From: Mobula hypostoma
Lineage: Eukaryota
Direction of reading: 5' to 3'
NCBI RefSeq assembly: GCF_963921235.1
Contig: NC_086104.1
Location: 4,030,001-4,094,000 of the forward strand
Length of the DNA stretch: 64,000 nucleotides
This document shows, piece by piece, positions 48,101 through 56,429 of this stretch. Made by a program: the position numbers and the translations under genes. The notes below the pieces were generated by a model. That model did no database searches. It saw nothing but the letters and a program-made list of their open reading frames with translations, and was not told the origin of the DNA. Within the stretch, counting starts at the first letter, position 1, and every line of letters starts with the position of its first letter.

Positions 48101-49752
48101 CTGGCAGCTTCCGTTCTACATAGTGATGCAGTCAGACAGGACACTGAATGACACAATAACAACAAGACAACAGCAAAACAAGCCCCTTTTCCACCCTCTC
48201 ATCCCCTTACATACCCAGGCTAACAACCCCAGGATAGGCCACCTCTGGGCCTCCAGTATTGGCTCCGGAATCTCATGCTGACAACCCCAGGAAAGGCGGC
48301 CTGTGGGCCTCCAGTCCTTGGTCCCGGACTCTCAATTTCCCATCTCTGGGCCATATGCACAGACTCGACCTTTGGGCCTCTACCTCAGTAGTCATTGACT
48401 TCGGTCTTCACCTTTTGGGCTTTCTACTTCTGAACTTGAACCACTGGGGATAAATTCACTTGCCCCATCACTGAACTGTTCCCACAAGCTATGGACTCAC
48501 TTTCGAGGACTCTTCACCTCAAGGTCTAATCTGCAGCTTGGTTCTTGTCCCTCCTGTCGGGTGAGGTCTTTCATTGACTCTGTTTTGTTTCCTTGTATTT
48601 TCTGTGAATGCCCACAAAAGAATGAAGCTCAGGGTTGTATATGATGACATATATGTTCTACAGCAAGTTGCCGTTGTTGAGTGCTGTCATCGACGACTCA
48701 TGGTAACCCTAAGGATAGTGTACTCGTCCATAGAGTTTTCGTGGCAAGATAGGGAAGTAGATTTCCAGGCCTTTCTTCTTCGCAGATATGCTGCTGCCCA
48801 GGTTGGGACCTGGCTTTAAATGAGATGTGAGCATTTAGCACACTTAGAAATCTGGCTAACAGCTATAAATCTCTGCCTGAGATAGTTTTGGAGTCAGATA
48901 CAATAAATTTTAGAGACATTTAAACAGGCACTCAAATATATAAGGTAGAGAGAGATGTGGAACAGACGGGGACCAATTGAATTCAGTCGATCGGGAAAAG
49001 ATCAGCATGGCCGTATTTCCCTGCTGTACGACTCGACGACTGTACGAGATGAAAGGGAGGTGTCGGATTCCAATGTTTTAACCCAAAGTTCCTTTGGAAG
49101 CCAGGAAATAGGCCCAAAACCTGTTGCTTCGAGATTGCTTTATTAAGTCCTAATAGAACAAAGAGACCTGGAAATGTAGAATTGCATAATAATCTGCCCA
49201 TCACCTACACCTTCTCCCTCTGGTTCCCCAGCCTTTATTCACAGTCTACTGTCCTTTCCTATCAGATTCCTTCACCTTCAGGCCCTTTCCCCTTCCACCT
49301 ATCACTTCCCAGCTTCTCACATCATCCCTTAACCCCACCTCCACCTCTCTCACCCTCCCCCCTAACCTGGACTCACCTGTCACCTGCCATCTTGTGATCC
49401 TCCATCTCCCTTCTACCCTTTTTATTCTGGCTTCTGCCCTCTTCCTTCCCAGTTTATTCCCCTCTCTAGATGCTGCCTAATCTACTGAATTCCTCCAGGA
49501 TTGTGTGTGTGTGTTGCTTCAAACTAACTACATCATCAGTATCTCTGGTGTCAATGTCCTGTGGGGATGGGTCAGATATAAACCAGGGGGTGAGTGGTTT
49601 GTTTCAGTACTGTAAACGTCTGTGTTTTTCTGTTCCAGTCAGAGGAATCAGAGATATTTTACGCTGATATTCAGTTCTTCCAGCAGAAGACAGCTCCAAA
49701 AATAAAAGTCACCGAGGAAACAACCGAATATGCCGTCATCAAACGTGACTAG
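819..49752 (+). CDS. Spliced gene model: inhibitory IgSF receptor with tandem germline-joined VJ-type domains (V1-V2[-V1-V2])-TM-ITSM/ITIM/ITSM; leader exon not found
   Basis: Eight AG/GT-bounded exons whose phases chain correctly (1-1,1-1,1-1,1-1,1-2,2-1,1-0,0-stop). The eight-exon sum is 1733 nt = 2 + 577 codons ending in TAG. The six-exon model starting at V1b (1040 nt) is also in frame. Confidence 0.8.
1966..3931 (-). mobile_element. CR1-clade LINE, 3' part of ORF2 (RT), young subfamily
   Basis: ORF 2072-3265 has [10 protein letters not shown] and KFADD; (GAAACATA)n tail at 1966-1995. Absent from duplication unit B. Confidence 0.92.
4014..4407. mobile_element. Possible solo LTR
   Basis: TGTTG...TAACA termini, about 395 bp, absent at the same site in unit B. 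No TSD seen. Confidence 0.35.
5356..5703 (+). CDS. Exon V2a: VJ-type Ig V domain (PADDPVLVQDP...LHC...VQWYH...DTAVYNCSVWSYIYGGGTQLNVT)
   Basis: Acceptor caacacacag|AT and donor ACTG|gtaagt, phase 1-1, 348 nt. V-set motifs and J-like YGGGTQLNV. Confidence 0.9.
5961..6704 (-). repeat. 3' LTR of the foamy/loki-like element
   Basis: TGTTAC...CCAACA termini; AATAAA on the minus strand at 6033-6038; polypurine tract AAAAGGAGGGAGA abuts it; homologous to 16569-17372. Confidence 0.85.
6860..7830 (-). pseudogene. Truncated env-like reading frame of the foamy/loki-like element
   Basis: Lies between integrase and PPT. Cys-containing segment (NNVFCC), heptad-like helix WTRVVEEAREIIHQWNEH, Trp-rich FWSKVWNWG, then a hydrophobic stretch interrupted by a stop. 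Confidence 0.55.
8130..10000 (+). mobile_element. Older CR1 LINE fragments nested in the ERV integrase
   Basis: APE and RT motifs ([19 protein letters not shown]) with many stops. Confidence 0.85.
13137..13322 (+). mobile_element. Penelope-like pseudo-LTR tail inserted in CR1
   Basis: Near-identical to 51804-51990; flanked by an 11-bp direct repeat CTGGAGTATTG (13126-13136 and 13323-13333). Confidence 0.8.
13191..13226 (+). ncRNA. Minimal hammerhead ribozyme copy with a stem I mismatch
   Basis: AGTC-CTGACGA-AGG...CCT-GAAACGTC-CACT; core intact, first stem I pair broken. Confidence 0.6.
14453..14751 (-). mobile_element. 5'-truncated CR1 (young subfamily)
   Basis: CR1 3' end flanked by a 10-bp TSD TGTGATTCAT (14443-14452 and 14752-14761). 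Confidence 0.88.
15451..16097. mobile_element. Non-autonomous DNA transposon (MITE) inserted in the ERV gag
   Basis: Perfect 14-bp TIR GCAGACATCCCACC and TTTT TSD. Removing it restores the gag-like frame ERLNGEQKRLQKEVET. Confidence 0.85.
16547..16564 (-). promoter_or_regulatory. Primer-binding site, tRNA-Asn
   Basis: Minus strand TGGCATCCCTGGGTGGGT, 4 nt from the LTR. 16/18 match to the complement of the vertebrate tRNA-Asn(GTT) 3' end as I recall it (TGGCGTCCCTGGGTGGGC). Confidence 0.75.
16569..17372 (-). repeat. 5' LTR of the foamy/loki-like element (outer end disrupted by a Penelope tail)
   Basis: Homologous to 5961-6704, with an internal duplicated motif at about 17150-17330. Confidence 0.8.
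17540..21560. mobile_element. Cluster of degraded CR1 fragments (both strands)
   Basis: RT and 3'-end CR1 motifs with stops and frameshifts. Confidence 0.8.
18846..19930 (-). mobile_element. Rex1/Babar-clade LINE, 3' part of RT
   Basis: ORF 19015-19986 has GAPQGTVLSPFLF and KFSDD; (AGTCAT)5 tail; interrupts a CR1. Confidence 0.88.
22269..22613 (+). CDS. Exon V1b: second copy of the V1 domain (...CTMRNARLEDTDVHW...YYCRVWGDINGNGTQLIVT)
   Basis: Same splice sites as V1a. 13 nt differences from V1a by manual alignment; frame open. Confidence 0.92.
23515..28628 (-). mobile_element. Gmr1-like Gypsy LTR retrotransposon (gag-PR-IN-RT-RH order), internally deleted
   Basis: LTRs 23515-24280 and 27918-28628; 4-bp TSD GGTG; PBS TGGAGGTTCGTCCGGGAT (tRNA-Pro-like, 27895-27912); PPT next to 24280. 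Gag LVPPFDE...FEKVA / LRELVLTEEF; IN zinc finger at 25710-25934 lies upstream of RT (YIDD, 24838-25302) and RH (24409-24810). Confidence 0.88.
24113..24185. repeat. (CT)n microsatellite expanded in the left Gmr1 LTR
   Basis: Long CT run, much shorter in the right LTR. Confidence 0.9.
29346..29693 (+). CDS. Exon V2b: second copy of the V2 domain
   Basis: Same splice sites as V2a. No difference from V2a seen over 348 nt. Confidence 0.9.
30069..34376 (-). mobile_element. Tandem three-LTR Gypsy derivative (LTR-int-LTR-int-LTR; gag + protease + IN tail, RT/RH deleted)
   Basis: LTRs 30069-30262, 31946-32138, 34183-34376; ATGTG TSD at 30064-30068 and 34377-34381; two tRNA-Leu-type PBS TGGTGTCAGAAGT; two PPTs; gag NWKRFKQRFEIY; protease FKLDTGA in both units. 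Confidence 0.85.
33097..33323 (+). mobile_element. tRNA-derived SINE
   Basis: A box GTGGCCAAGTGG and B-box-like AGTTCGAGCC, followed by a non-tRNA body; inserted in the Gypsy internal region. Confidence 0.75.
34480..36510. mobile_element. Degraded CR1 fragments with a Penelope tail (35490-35612, minus strand)
   Basis: CR1 RT motifs on the minus strand; decayed hammerhead-bearing tail. Confidence 0.75.
36610..36990 (+). mobile_element. L2-clade LINE 3' fragment
   Basis: Decayed HIT-L-HWLPV...DFKVL...LWNS.P pattern typical of L2 ORF2 ends. Confidence 0.6.
37313..37457 (+). CDS. Stalk/transmembrane exon: (E)ADYGWSWKVLASILASILVLVLLFCILVTTICYVKKWACFQQRLMPE(G)
   Basis: Acceptor gttatttttcag|AA and donor GAAGG|gtaaat, phase 1-2. 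About 26 uncharged hydrophobic residues followed by a KK stop-transfer. In frame with the V2 donor. Confidence 0.88.
39226..39269 (+). CDS. Cytoplasmic exon 1: (G)CSTEYQETLYATVT
   Basis: Acceptor tcaccgtttacccag|G and donor ACAG|gtaaaa, 44 nt, phase 2-1 matching both neighbours. Encodes TLYATV (TxYxxV). Confidence 0.8.
39790..44995. mobile_element. Cluster of degraded CR1 fragments
   Basis: APE, RT and 3' motifs with multiple lesions. Confidence 0.8.
42608..43836 (+). mobile_element. Gypsy RNase H fragment plus an LTR-like segment (TGTAAC...TTACA, 43271-43805)
   Basis: Frameshifted LRPIAF...EKNYPKHKLEYLAFKW...EVRTDNNP...NIDAD motifs. Confidence 0.65.
45283..45326 (+). CDS. Cytoplasmic exon 2: (A)ETEVNTQAATNVTA
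   Basis: Acceptor cattttatttcag|CT and donor GCG|gtaagt, 44 nt, phase 1-0 matching both neighbours. Confidence 0.78.
45540..46180 (+). mobile_element. Rex1-like LINE 3' fragment
   Basis: C-terminal RT-like remnants (FYRC..., DPTHPAHGLF) and a typical tail. Confidence 0.6.
47177..47432 (+). mobile_element. V-SINE (HE1-like)
   Basis: tRNA-like head (GGTTCAATTCCC) plus the conserved V core GGTTTCCTCCCACAGTCCAAAGA...GGTTAATTGG...TAAATTG. Confidence 0.8.
47800..48140 (-). mobile_element. Rex1-like LINE 3' fragment
   Basis: RIPTTHPTISLTHYSQEG-type frameshifted remnants and a typical tail. Confidence 0.6.
49639..49752 (+). CDS. Terminal coding exon: SEESEIFYADIQFFQQKTAPKIKVTEETTEYAVIKRD*
   Basis: Acceptor tgtgtttttctgttccag|TCA, phase 0. 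IFYADI fits the ITIM consensus and TEYAVI fits the ITSM consensus (Tyr-Tyr spacing 23 aa). TAG at 49750-49752. Confidence 0.9.
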   Translation, partial: SEESEIFYADIQFFQQKTAPKIKVTEETTEYAVIKRD

Positions 49753-49785
49753 TGTCTAAAAGTAATTGTTCTGCAGCCGCAGGTT

Positions 49786-49915
49786 ATTAAATATGTGTGT
49801 GCTTCTTGCTGGTAACTATCAGCACACGGGACTCCAGAACGTCACACCTTCTCAACTTCCATCAACTACAACATGATTGTTAGGGCAATTAATTTGCTGA
49901 GGATTTTCAATTAAA
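49786..49915 (+). terminator. Candidate polyadenylation signals (ATTAAA at 49786 and 49910)
   Basis: Variant hexamers in non-repetitive sequence just 3' of the stop codon. Not validated. Confidence 0.3.
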
Positions 49916-50757
49916 GTTGGTCACTAATGAATTGGACATGGACTGTGAAGTGACTAGAGAATAACTCATTCATGAATCAAGGAAGAGTGACTCACTAACG
50001 GTGTGATTGTCAAGTCTTCCAAAGAACAATAGTCACAGCCTTTTTTATATCTGCGCACAGAAAGTCAATTACATCAATCAAAGTTCAAAAAGTCATTCCT
50101 GTGCGTTGTATCCATTCCCACGAAAATGCCAAAGACGGTCTCTTGTCTGCCCACAACACATAGAGATGGGTTGTCAGAACATACTTCAAACTAAGATAGA
50201 CTATTGTAAGCATGCTGAGAACCCTGGCCAAATGATGAGTCTTTATTAGAACACTCAGTCCTCTTTTATTGTCATTTAGAAATGCATACATGCATAAAGA
50301 AATGATACAATGTTCCTCTGGAGAGATATCACAGAAAACAGGACAAAGCAAAGACTAACACTGACAGAACCACATAATTATGACATACAGTTACAGCAAT
50401 GCAAAACAATACCATAATTTGATAAAGAACAGACCATGGGCACGGTAAAAAAGAAATCTCAAGTCCCAATCGACTCCCGAGTCCACGATAGCAGGCGACA
50501 AAATGGAGAAACTCCCTGCCATAAACCTCTTTAAAGCACACGGTATTCGGGGTAAGGTATTGATGTGGATAGGGAATTGGTTAGCAGACAGGAAGCAAAG
50601 AGTGGGAATAAACGGGACCTTTTCAGAATGGCAGGCAGTGACAACTGGGGTACCGCAAGGCTCAGTACTGGGACCCCAGTTGTTTACAATGTATATTAAT
50701 GACTTGGATGAGGGAATTAAATGCAGCATCTCCAAGTTTGCGGATGACACGAAGCTG

Positions 50758-51993
50758 TCATCCTCCGTCTCCGCCGCATCTGCTCTCAGGATGAGGCTTT
50801 TCATTCTAGGACGAGGGAGATGTCTTCATTTTTTAAAGAAAGGGGCTTCCCTTCCTCCACTATCAACTCTGCTCTTAAACGCATCTCCCCCATTTCACGT
50901 ACATCTGCTCTCACTCCATCCTCCCACCACCCCACTAGGAATAGGGTTCCCCTGGTCCTCACCTACCACCCCACCAGCCTCCGGGTCCAACATATTATTC
51001 TCCGTAACTTCCGCCACCTCCAACGGGATCCCACCACTAAGTACATCTTTCCCTCCCCCCCCCTCTGCATTCCGCAGGGATCGCTCCCTACGCAACTCCC
51101 TTGTCCATTCGTCCCCCCCATCCCTCCCCACTGATCTCCCTCCTGGCACTTATCCGTGTAAGCGGAACAAGTGCTACACATGCCCTTACACTTCCTCCCT
51201 TACCACCATTCAGGGCCCCAAACAGTCCTTCCAGGTGAGGCATCACTTCACCTGTGAGTCGACTGGGGTGATATACTGCGTCCGGTGCTCCCGATGTGGC
51301 CTTTTATATATTGGTGAGACTCGACGCAGACTGGGAGACCGCTTTGCTGAACATCTACGCTCTGTCCGCCAGAGAAAGCAGGATCTCCCAGTGGCCACAC
51401 ATTTTAATTCCACATCCCATTCCCATTCTGACATGTCTATCCACGGCCTCCTCTACTGTAAAGATGAAGCCACACTCAGGTTGGAGGAACAACACCTTAT
51501 ATTCCGTCTGGGTAGCCTCCAACCTGATGGCATGAACATTGACTTCTCTAACTTCCGCTAAGGCCCCACCTCCCCCTCGTACCCCATCTGTTACTCATTT
51601 TTATGCACAGATTCTTTCTCTCACTCTCCTTTTTCTCCCTCTGTCCCTCTGAATATACCTCTTGCCCATCCTCTGGGTCACCCCCCCCCCCGTCTTTCTT
51701 CCTGGACCTCCTGTCCCATGATCCTCTCGTATCCCCTTTTGCCTATCACCTATCCAGCTCTCGGCTCTATCCCTCCCCCTCCTGTCTTCTCCTATCATTT
51801 TGCATCTCCCCCTCCCCCCCCTCCAGCTTTCAAATCCCTTACTCACTCTTCCTTCAGTTAGTCCTGATGAAGGGTCTCGGCCTGAAACGTCGACTGCGCC
51901 TCTTCCTATAGATGCTGCTTGGCCTGCTGCGTTCACCAGCAACTTTGATGTATGTTGCTTGAATTTCCAGCATCTGCTGAATTCCTGTTGTTT
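50758..51993 (+). mobile_element. Penelope-like element, 3' portion with GIY-YIG endonuclease and pseudo-LTR
   Basis: CKRNKCYTC...[30 protein letters not shown] (GIY-YIG) ending in [14 protein letters not shown]; hammerhead in the tail. Confidence 0.9.
51860..51895 (+). ncRNA. Minimal type I hammerhead ribozyme (Penelope pseudo-LTR)
   Basis: AGTC-CTGATGA-AGG(GTCTCGG)CCT-GAAAC-GTC^-GACT: intact core, stem II AGG/CCT, stem I AGTC/GACT, palindromic ACGT in place of stem III. Confidence 0.8.
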
Positions 51994-53647
51994 TTATTAT
52001 CTGAATGGTGGCCGATTAGGAAAAGGGGAGGTGCAACGAGACCTGGGTGTCATTATACACCAGTCATTGAAAATGGGCATGCAGGTACAGCAGGCGGTGA
52101 AAAAGGCGAATGGTATGCTGGCATTCATAGCAAGAGGATTCGAGTACAGGAGCAGGGAGGTACTACTGCAGTTCTACAAGGCCTTGGTGAGACCATACCT
52201 GGAGTATTGTGTGAAGTTTTGGTCCCCTAATCTGAGGAAAGACATTCTTGCCAAAGAGGGAGTACAAAGAAGGTTCACCAGATTGATTCCTGGGATGGCA
52301 GGACTTTCAGATGATGAAAGACTGGAGCGGCTAGGCTTATACTCTCTGGAATTTAGAAGATTGAGGGGGGATCTGAGTGAAACGTATAAAATCCTAAAGG
52401 GATTTGACAGGCTGGATGTAGGAAGATTGTTCCCGATGTTGGGGAAGTCCAGAACGAAGGGTCACAGTTTGAGGATAAAGGGGAAGCCTTTTAGGACCAA
52501 GATGAGGAAAAACTTCTTCACACAGAGAGTGGTGAATCTGTGGAATTCTCTGCCACAGGAAACAGTTGAGGCCAGTTCATTGGCTATATTTAAGAGGGAG
52601 TTAGATATGGCCCTTGTGGCTAAAGGGATCAGGGGGTATGGAGGGAAGGCTGGTACAGGGTTCTGAGTTGGATGATCAGCCATGATCATACTGAATGGTG
52701 GTGCAGGCTCGAAGGGCTGAACAGCCTACTCCTGCACCTATTTTCTATGTTTCTATGTTTTTATGTTTCCAAGGCACCGACAACTGCCGATGCCTTGGAA
52801 GCAGTCGACCACAGCCGACACGGAGTCCGTCCATCCGAAAAATTCGAGCCTCCGACCAGCCCCTCCGATACAGCCTCCTGAGCGCCATCCTCTACCGAGC
52901 ACCTTCGACTTATCCCCGGCCGCCAAAACAAGCAAAGCCAAGGATTTGGGGCCTTCTGCTCTGGAGATTCCAGTTACCACACAGTAGCAGCGACAGCGAA
53001 GCGGGTATTTCAGAAGTTTTCCAGATGTTCCTCCGTATTCTCACGTCTGTCTCCATCAAATCAGAATTGTGCACGGTCCCTTACTTGACAGATTACAGAT
53101 TTCATTCACCGGAGAGGCCGCGCCCGCTACGTCGTGCCGCCATCTTCTCCTCCCCTATTTTTTATGATATATTGAAAGATCATGAAATCCTGAGATCCAG
53201 TAAGTCATTAAAATACAAAAGTGTAATTTGTTTTGTGTGAGGGAAAACGAGGCACACTTTTTAATTGACAGAAAATTAACAGGTGACAGGGTCCTTCCTA
53301 CAATCTGTGACCCTCCCTGTCTCCATCTTGTTTACTGTGCTGTGTTATGCACTTTGGCCAGCATTCTGCATATTGCCAATTAAAGGAAGGTGCAGGGGGT
53401 TAACAGCTCAGACATTTTAACCCTTTATTCAGAATTTTCTTCCACAATTCTCCCACACCCCCCTCCCCACCGTAGACCGGTGTCTGCAAAAGAGACCTCA
53501 TAACCTGGGGGTAGCCGCCACATCTTTAAACAGTCTTCTTCATTGTATTCTGGGTCATACCTTTTGCCCTTAACTCGACGGTACATAGAAAAGAGGTGAT
53601 TTGTTGAAAAGGGTTAGATTGCACAATTGAATTAGATAGCCAAATCA

Positions 53648-53677
<30 letters not shown>
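53648..53677. repeat. (ATT)n microsatellite
   Basis: About 10 units; reads as poly-Ile on the env strand. Confidence 0.9.
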
Positions 53678-53678
<1 letters not shown>

Positions 53679-53769
53679 GTGACAATAATTCCATAATGCA
53701 CCAACTATCAAAGATGCTCCCCTGGGACCCACAGCCCTCAGAAGCATTATTCTCTTATCTCTACAATGA

Positions 53770-55606
53770 TAGAACATAGAATAGTACAGCACATTACAGG
53801 CCCTTCAGCCCACAATGTTGTGCCGACCCTCAGACCCTGCCTCCCATATAACCCCTCCCCCCCACCTTAGATTCCTCCATATACCTGTCTAGCAGATTCT
53901 TAAACTTCAGTAGTGTATCTGCCTCCACCACTGACTCAGGCAGTGCATTCCACACCCCAACCACTCTCTGAGTAAAAACCCTTCCTCTAATATCCCCCTT
54001 GACTAGTGACTAGTGGGGTACGGCAAGGCTCAGTGCTGGGACCAGTTGTTTACAATATATATTAATGACTTGGATGAGGGAATTAAATGCAGCATCTCCA
54101 AGTTTGCGGATGACACGAAGCTGGGCGGCAGTGTTAGCAGTGAGGAGGATGCTAAGAGGATGCAGGGTGACTTGGATAGGTTGGGTGAGTGGGCAAACTC
54201 ATGGCAGATGCAATTTAATGTGGATAAATGTGAATTTATCCACTTTGGTGGCAAAAATAGGAAAACAGATTATTATCTGAATGGTGGCCGATTAGGAAAA
54301 GGGGAGGTGCAACGAGACCTGGGTGTCATTATACACCAGTCATTGAAAGTGGGCATGCAGGTACAGCAGGCGGTGAAAAAGGCGAACGGTATGCTGGCAT
54401 TTATAGCGAGAGGATTCGAGTACAGGAGCAGGGAGGTACTACTGCAGTTGTACAAGGCCTTGGTGAGACCACACCTGGAGTATTGTGTGCAGTTTTGGTC
54501 CCCTAATCTGAGGAAAGACATCTTTGCCATAGAGGGAGTACAAAGAAGGTTCACCAGATTGATTCCTGGGATGGCAGGTCTTTCATATGAAGAAAGACTG
54601 GATGAACTGGGCTTGTACTCGTTGGAATTTAGAAGATTGAGGGGGGATCTGATTGAAACGTATAAGATCCTAAAGGGATTGGACAGGCTAGATGCGGGAA
54701 GATTGTTCCCGATGTTGGGGAGGTCCAGAACGAGGGGTCACAGTTTGAGGATAGAGGGGAAGCCTTTTAGGACCGAGATTAGGAAAAACTTCTTCACACA
54801 GAGAGTGGTGAATCTGTGGAATTCTCTGCCACAGCAAACTGTTGAGGCCAGTTCATTAGCTATGTTTAAAAGGAAGTTAGATATGGCCCTTGTGGCTACA
54901 GGGGTCAGGGGGTATGGAGGGAAGGCTGGGTTCTGAGTTGGATGATCAGCCATGATCATAATAAATGGCGGTGCAGGCTCGAAGGGCCGAATGGCCTACT
55001 CCTGCACCTATTTTCTATGTTTCTATGTTCCTATGAACTTCCCACCCTTTACCTTAAAGCCATGTCCTCTTGTATTGAGCGGTGGTGCCCTGGGGAAGAG
55101 GCACTGGCTATCCACTCTATCTATTCCTCTTATTATCTTGTACACCTCTATCATGTCTCCCATCCTCCTTCTCTCCAAAGAGTAAAGCCCTAGCTCCCTT
55201 AATCTCTGATCATAATGCATACTCTCTAAACCAGGCAGCATCCTGGTAAATCTCCTCTGTACCCTTTCCAAAGCTTCCACATCCTTCCTATAGTGAGGTG
55301 ACCAGAACTGGACACAGTACTCCAGGTGTGGCCTAACCAGAGTTTTATAGAGCTGCATCATTACATCGCGACTCTTAAACTCTATCCCTCGACTTATGAA
55401 AGCTAACACCCCATAAGCTTTCTTAACTACCCTATCTAACTGTGAGGCAACTTTCAGGGATCTGTGGACATGTACCCCGAGATCCCTCTGCTCCTCCACA
55501 CTACCAAGCATCCTGCCATTTACTTTGTACTCTGTCTTGGAGTTTGTCCTTCCAAAGTGTACCACCTCACACTTCTCCGGGTTGAACTCCATATGATATA
55601 AGTACA
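53770..55606. mobile_element. Stack of CR1 fragments (young subfamily + strand at 54010-55030; second subfamily - strand at 55030-55606)
   Basis: ORFs 54013-54936 (+) and 55023-55622 (-) carry CR1 RT C-terminal motifs. Confidence 0.88.
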
Positions 55607-56429
55607 TAGCTTCATTGCACATCTGTATTTTGCACTATTACTGTTTAATGCACGTTTTGTATTCTTTTTCACACTTCAATGCTTACATTTTGTATTTTAA
55701 GGTATATATATGTTTCTCACTGAGCAATCTCGCAACAATAATTGCCTTTAGGATAAATAAAGTTTTATCTGATCTTATGTATCTGTTTCACTCTTTTCTG
55801 GCACTGGTTGGCTCAGTGGGTTCTGTTTTCAGTTTCATCAGGAATATTGCCACAATGTTCTTGCCCTATAATGACACACGTTCCTCCTTTCACAGCTAAA
55901 ATAGAATCTGAAGCCATCCTGTTTTGCAAGGCCACAGTCTGAATGGCTATTACTTCAGAAGTTAAAGGCAGTTAATCTGCCTTTGTGTATCCTCCAAGGC
56001 TGAGGCAATGCCCTTAGCTAATTTTTCAAGGGTGAGGTCATATTAATCAGCTCCCGTGCCGCTTTCCCTATCCCATAATAAGGGAAGTCTATCATCCAGA
56101 ACTCCTCTGTGCTCATAATCACCTTTTTCTTCTGCGAGAGAGTAAGGAGGGGTTGGGTCATGAGAATAATGTACCATAGGCACCACAAATCCAGGGTGAC
56201 AGTGTCCTGTCCAGTTAAAATGTAGCCGGAGTAAGTTCGATCCCCGCATTTCCAATATGTGACCACAGAGATCTTTCAGAAGTAATATGGTCACCACACT
56301 GTAAACTAGAATTTTCTCTGCACATACTCATTCCCTTACATTGACCCATCTTAGCCATCTAACACCAGCACTTTTTAGCTGTCCAGTTAGCTCCATGCAA
56401 TCTTGGCATATTACAGTCTGTTAAATTGA

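Larger units (their letters stand above)
50530..52760 (+). mobile_element. CR1 LINE (young subfamily), RT to 3' end, interrupted by a Penelope element
   Basis: Near-identical to 12580-13890 and 54010-55030. Confidence 0.9.

Noticed and set aside
49540-49589. Extra cytoplasmic exon ending at GTGAGT (49590)
   Set aside because: It would leave a 49-nt intron, too short for a vertebrate, and is not needed for frame.
50503-51561. 352-aa ORF as a novel RT-GIY-YIG fusion gene
   Set aside because: Chance junction of a CR1 fragment with a Penelope insertion; the middle is off-frame Penelope sequence.
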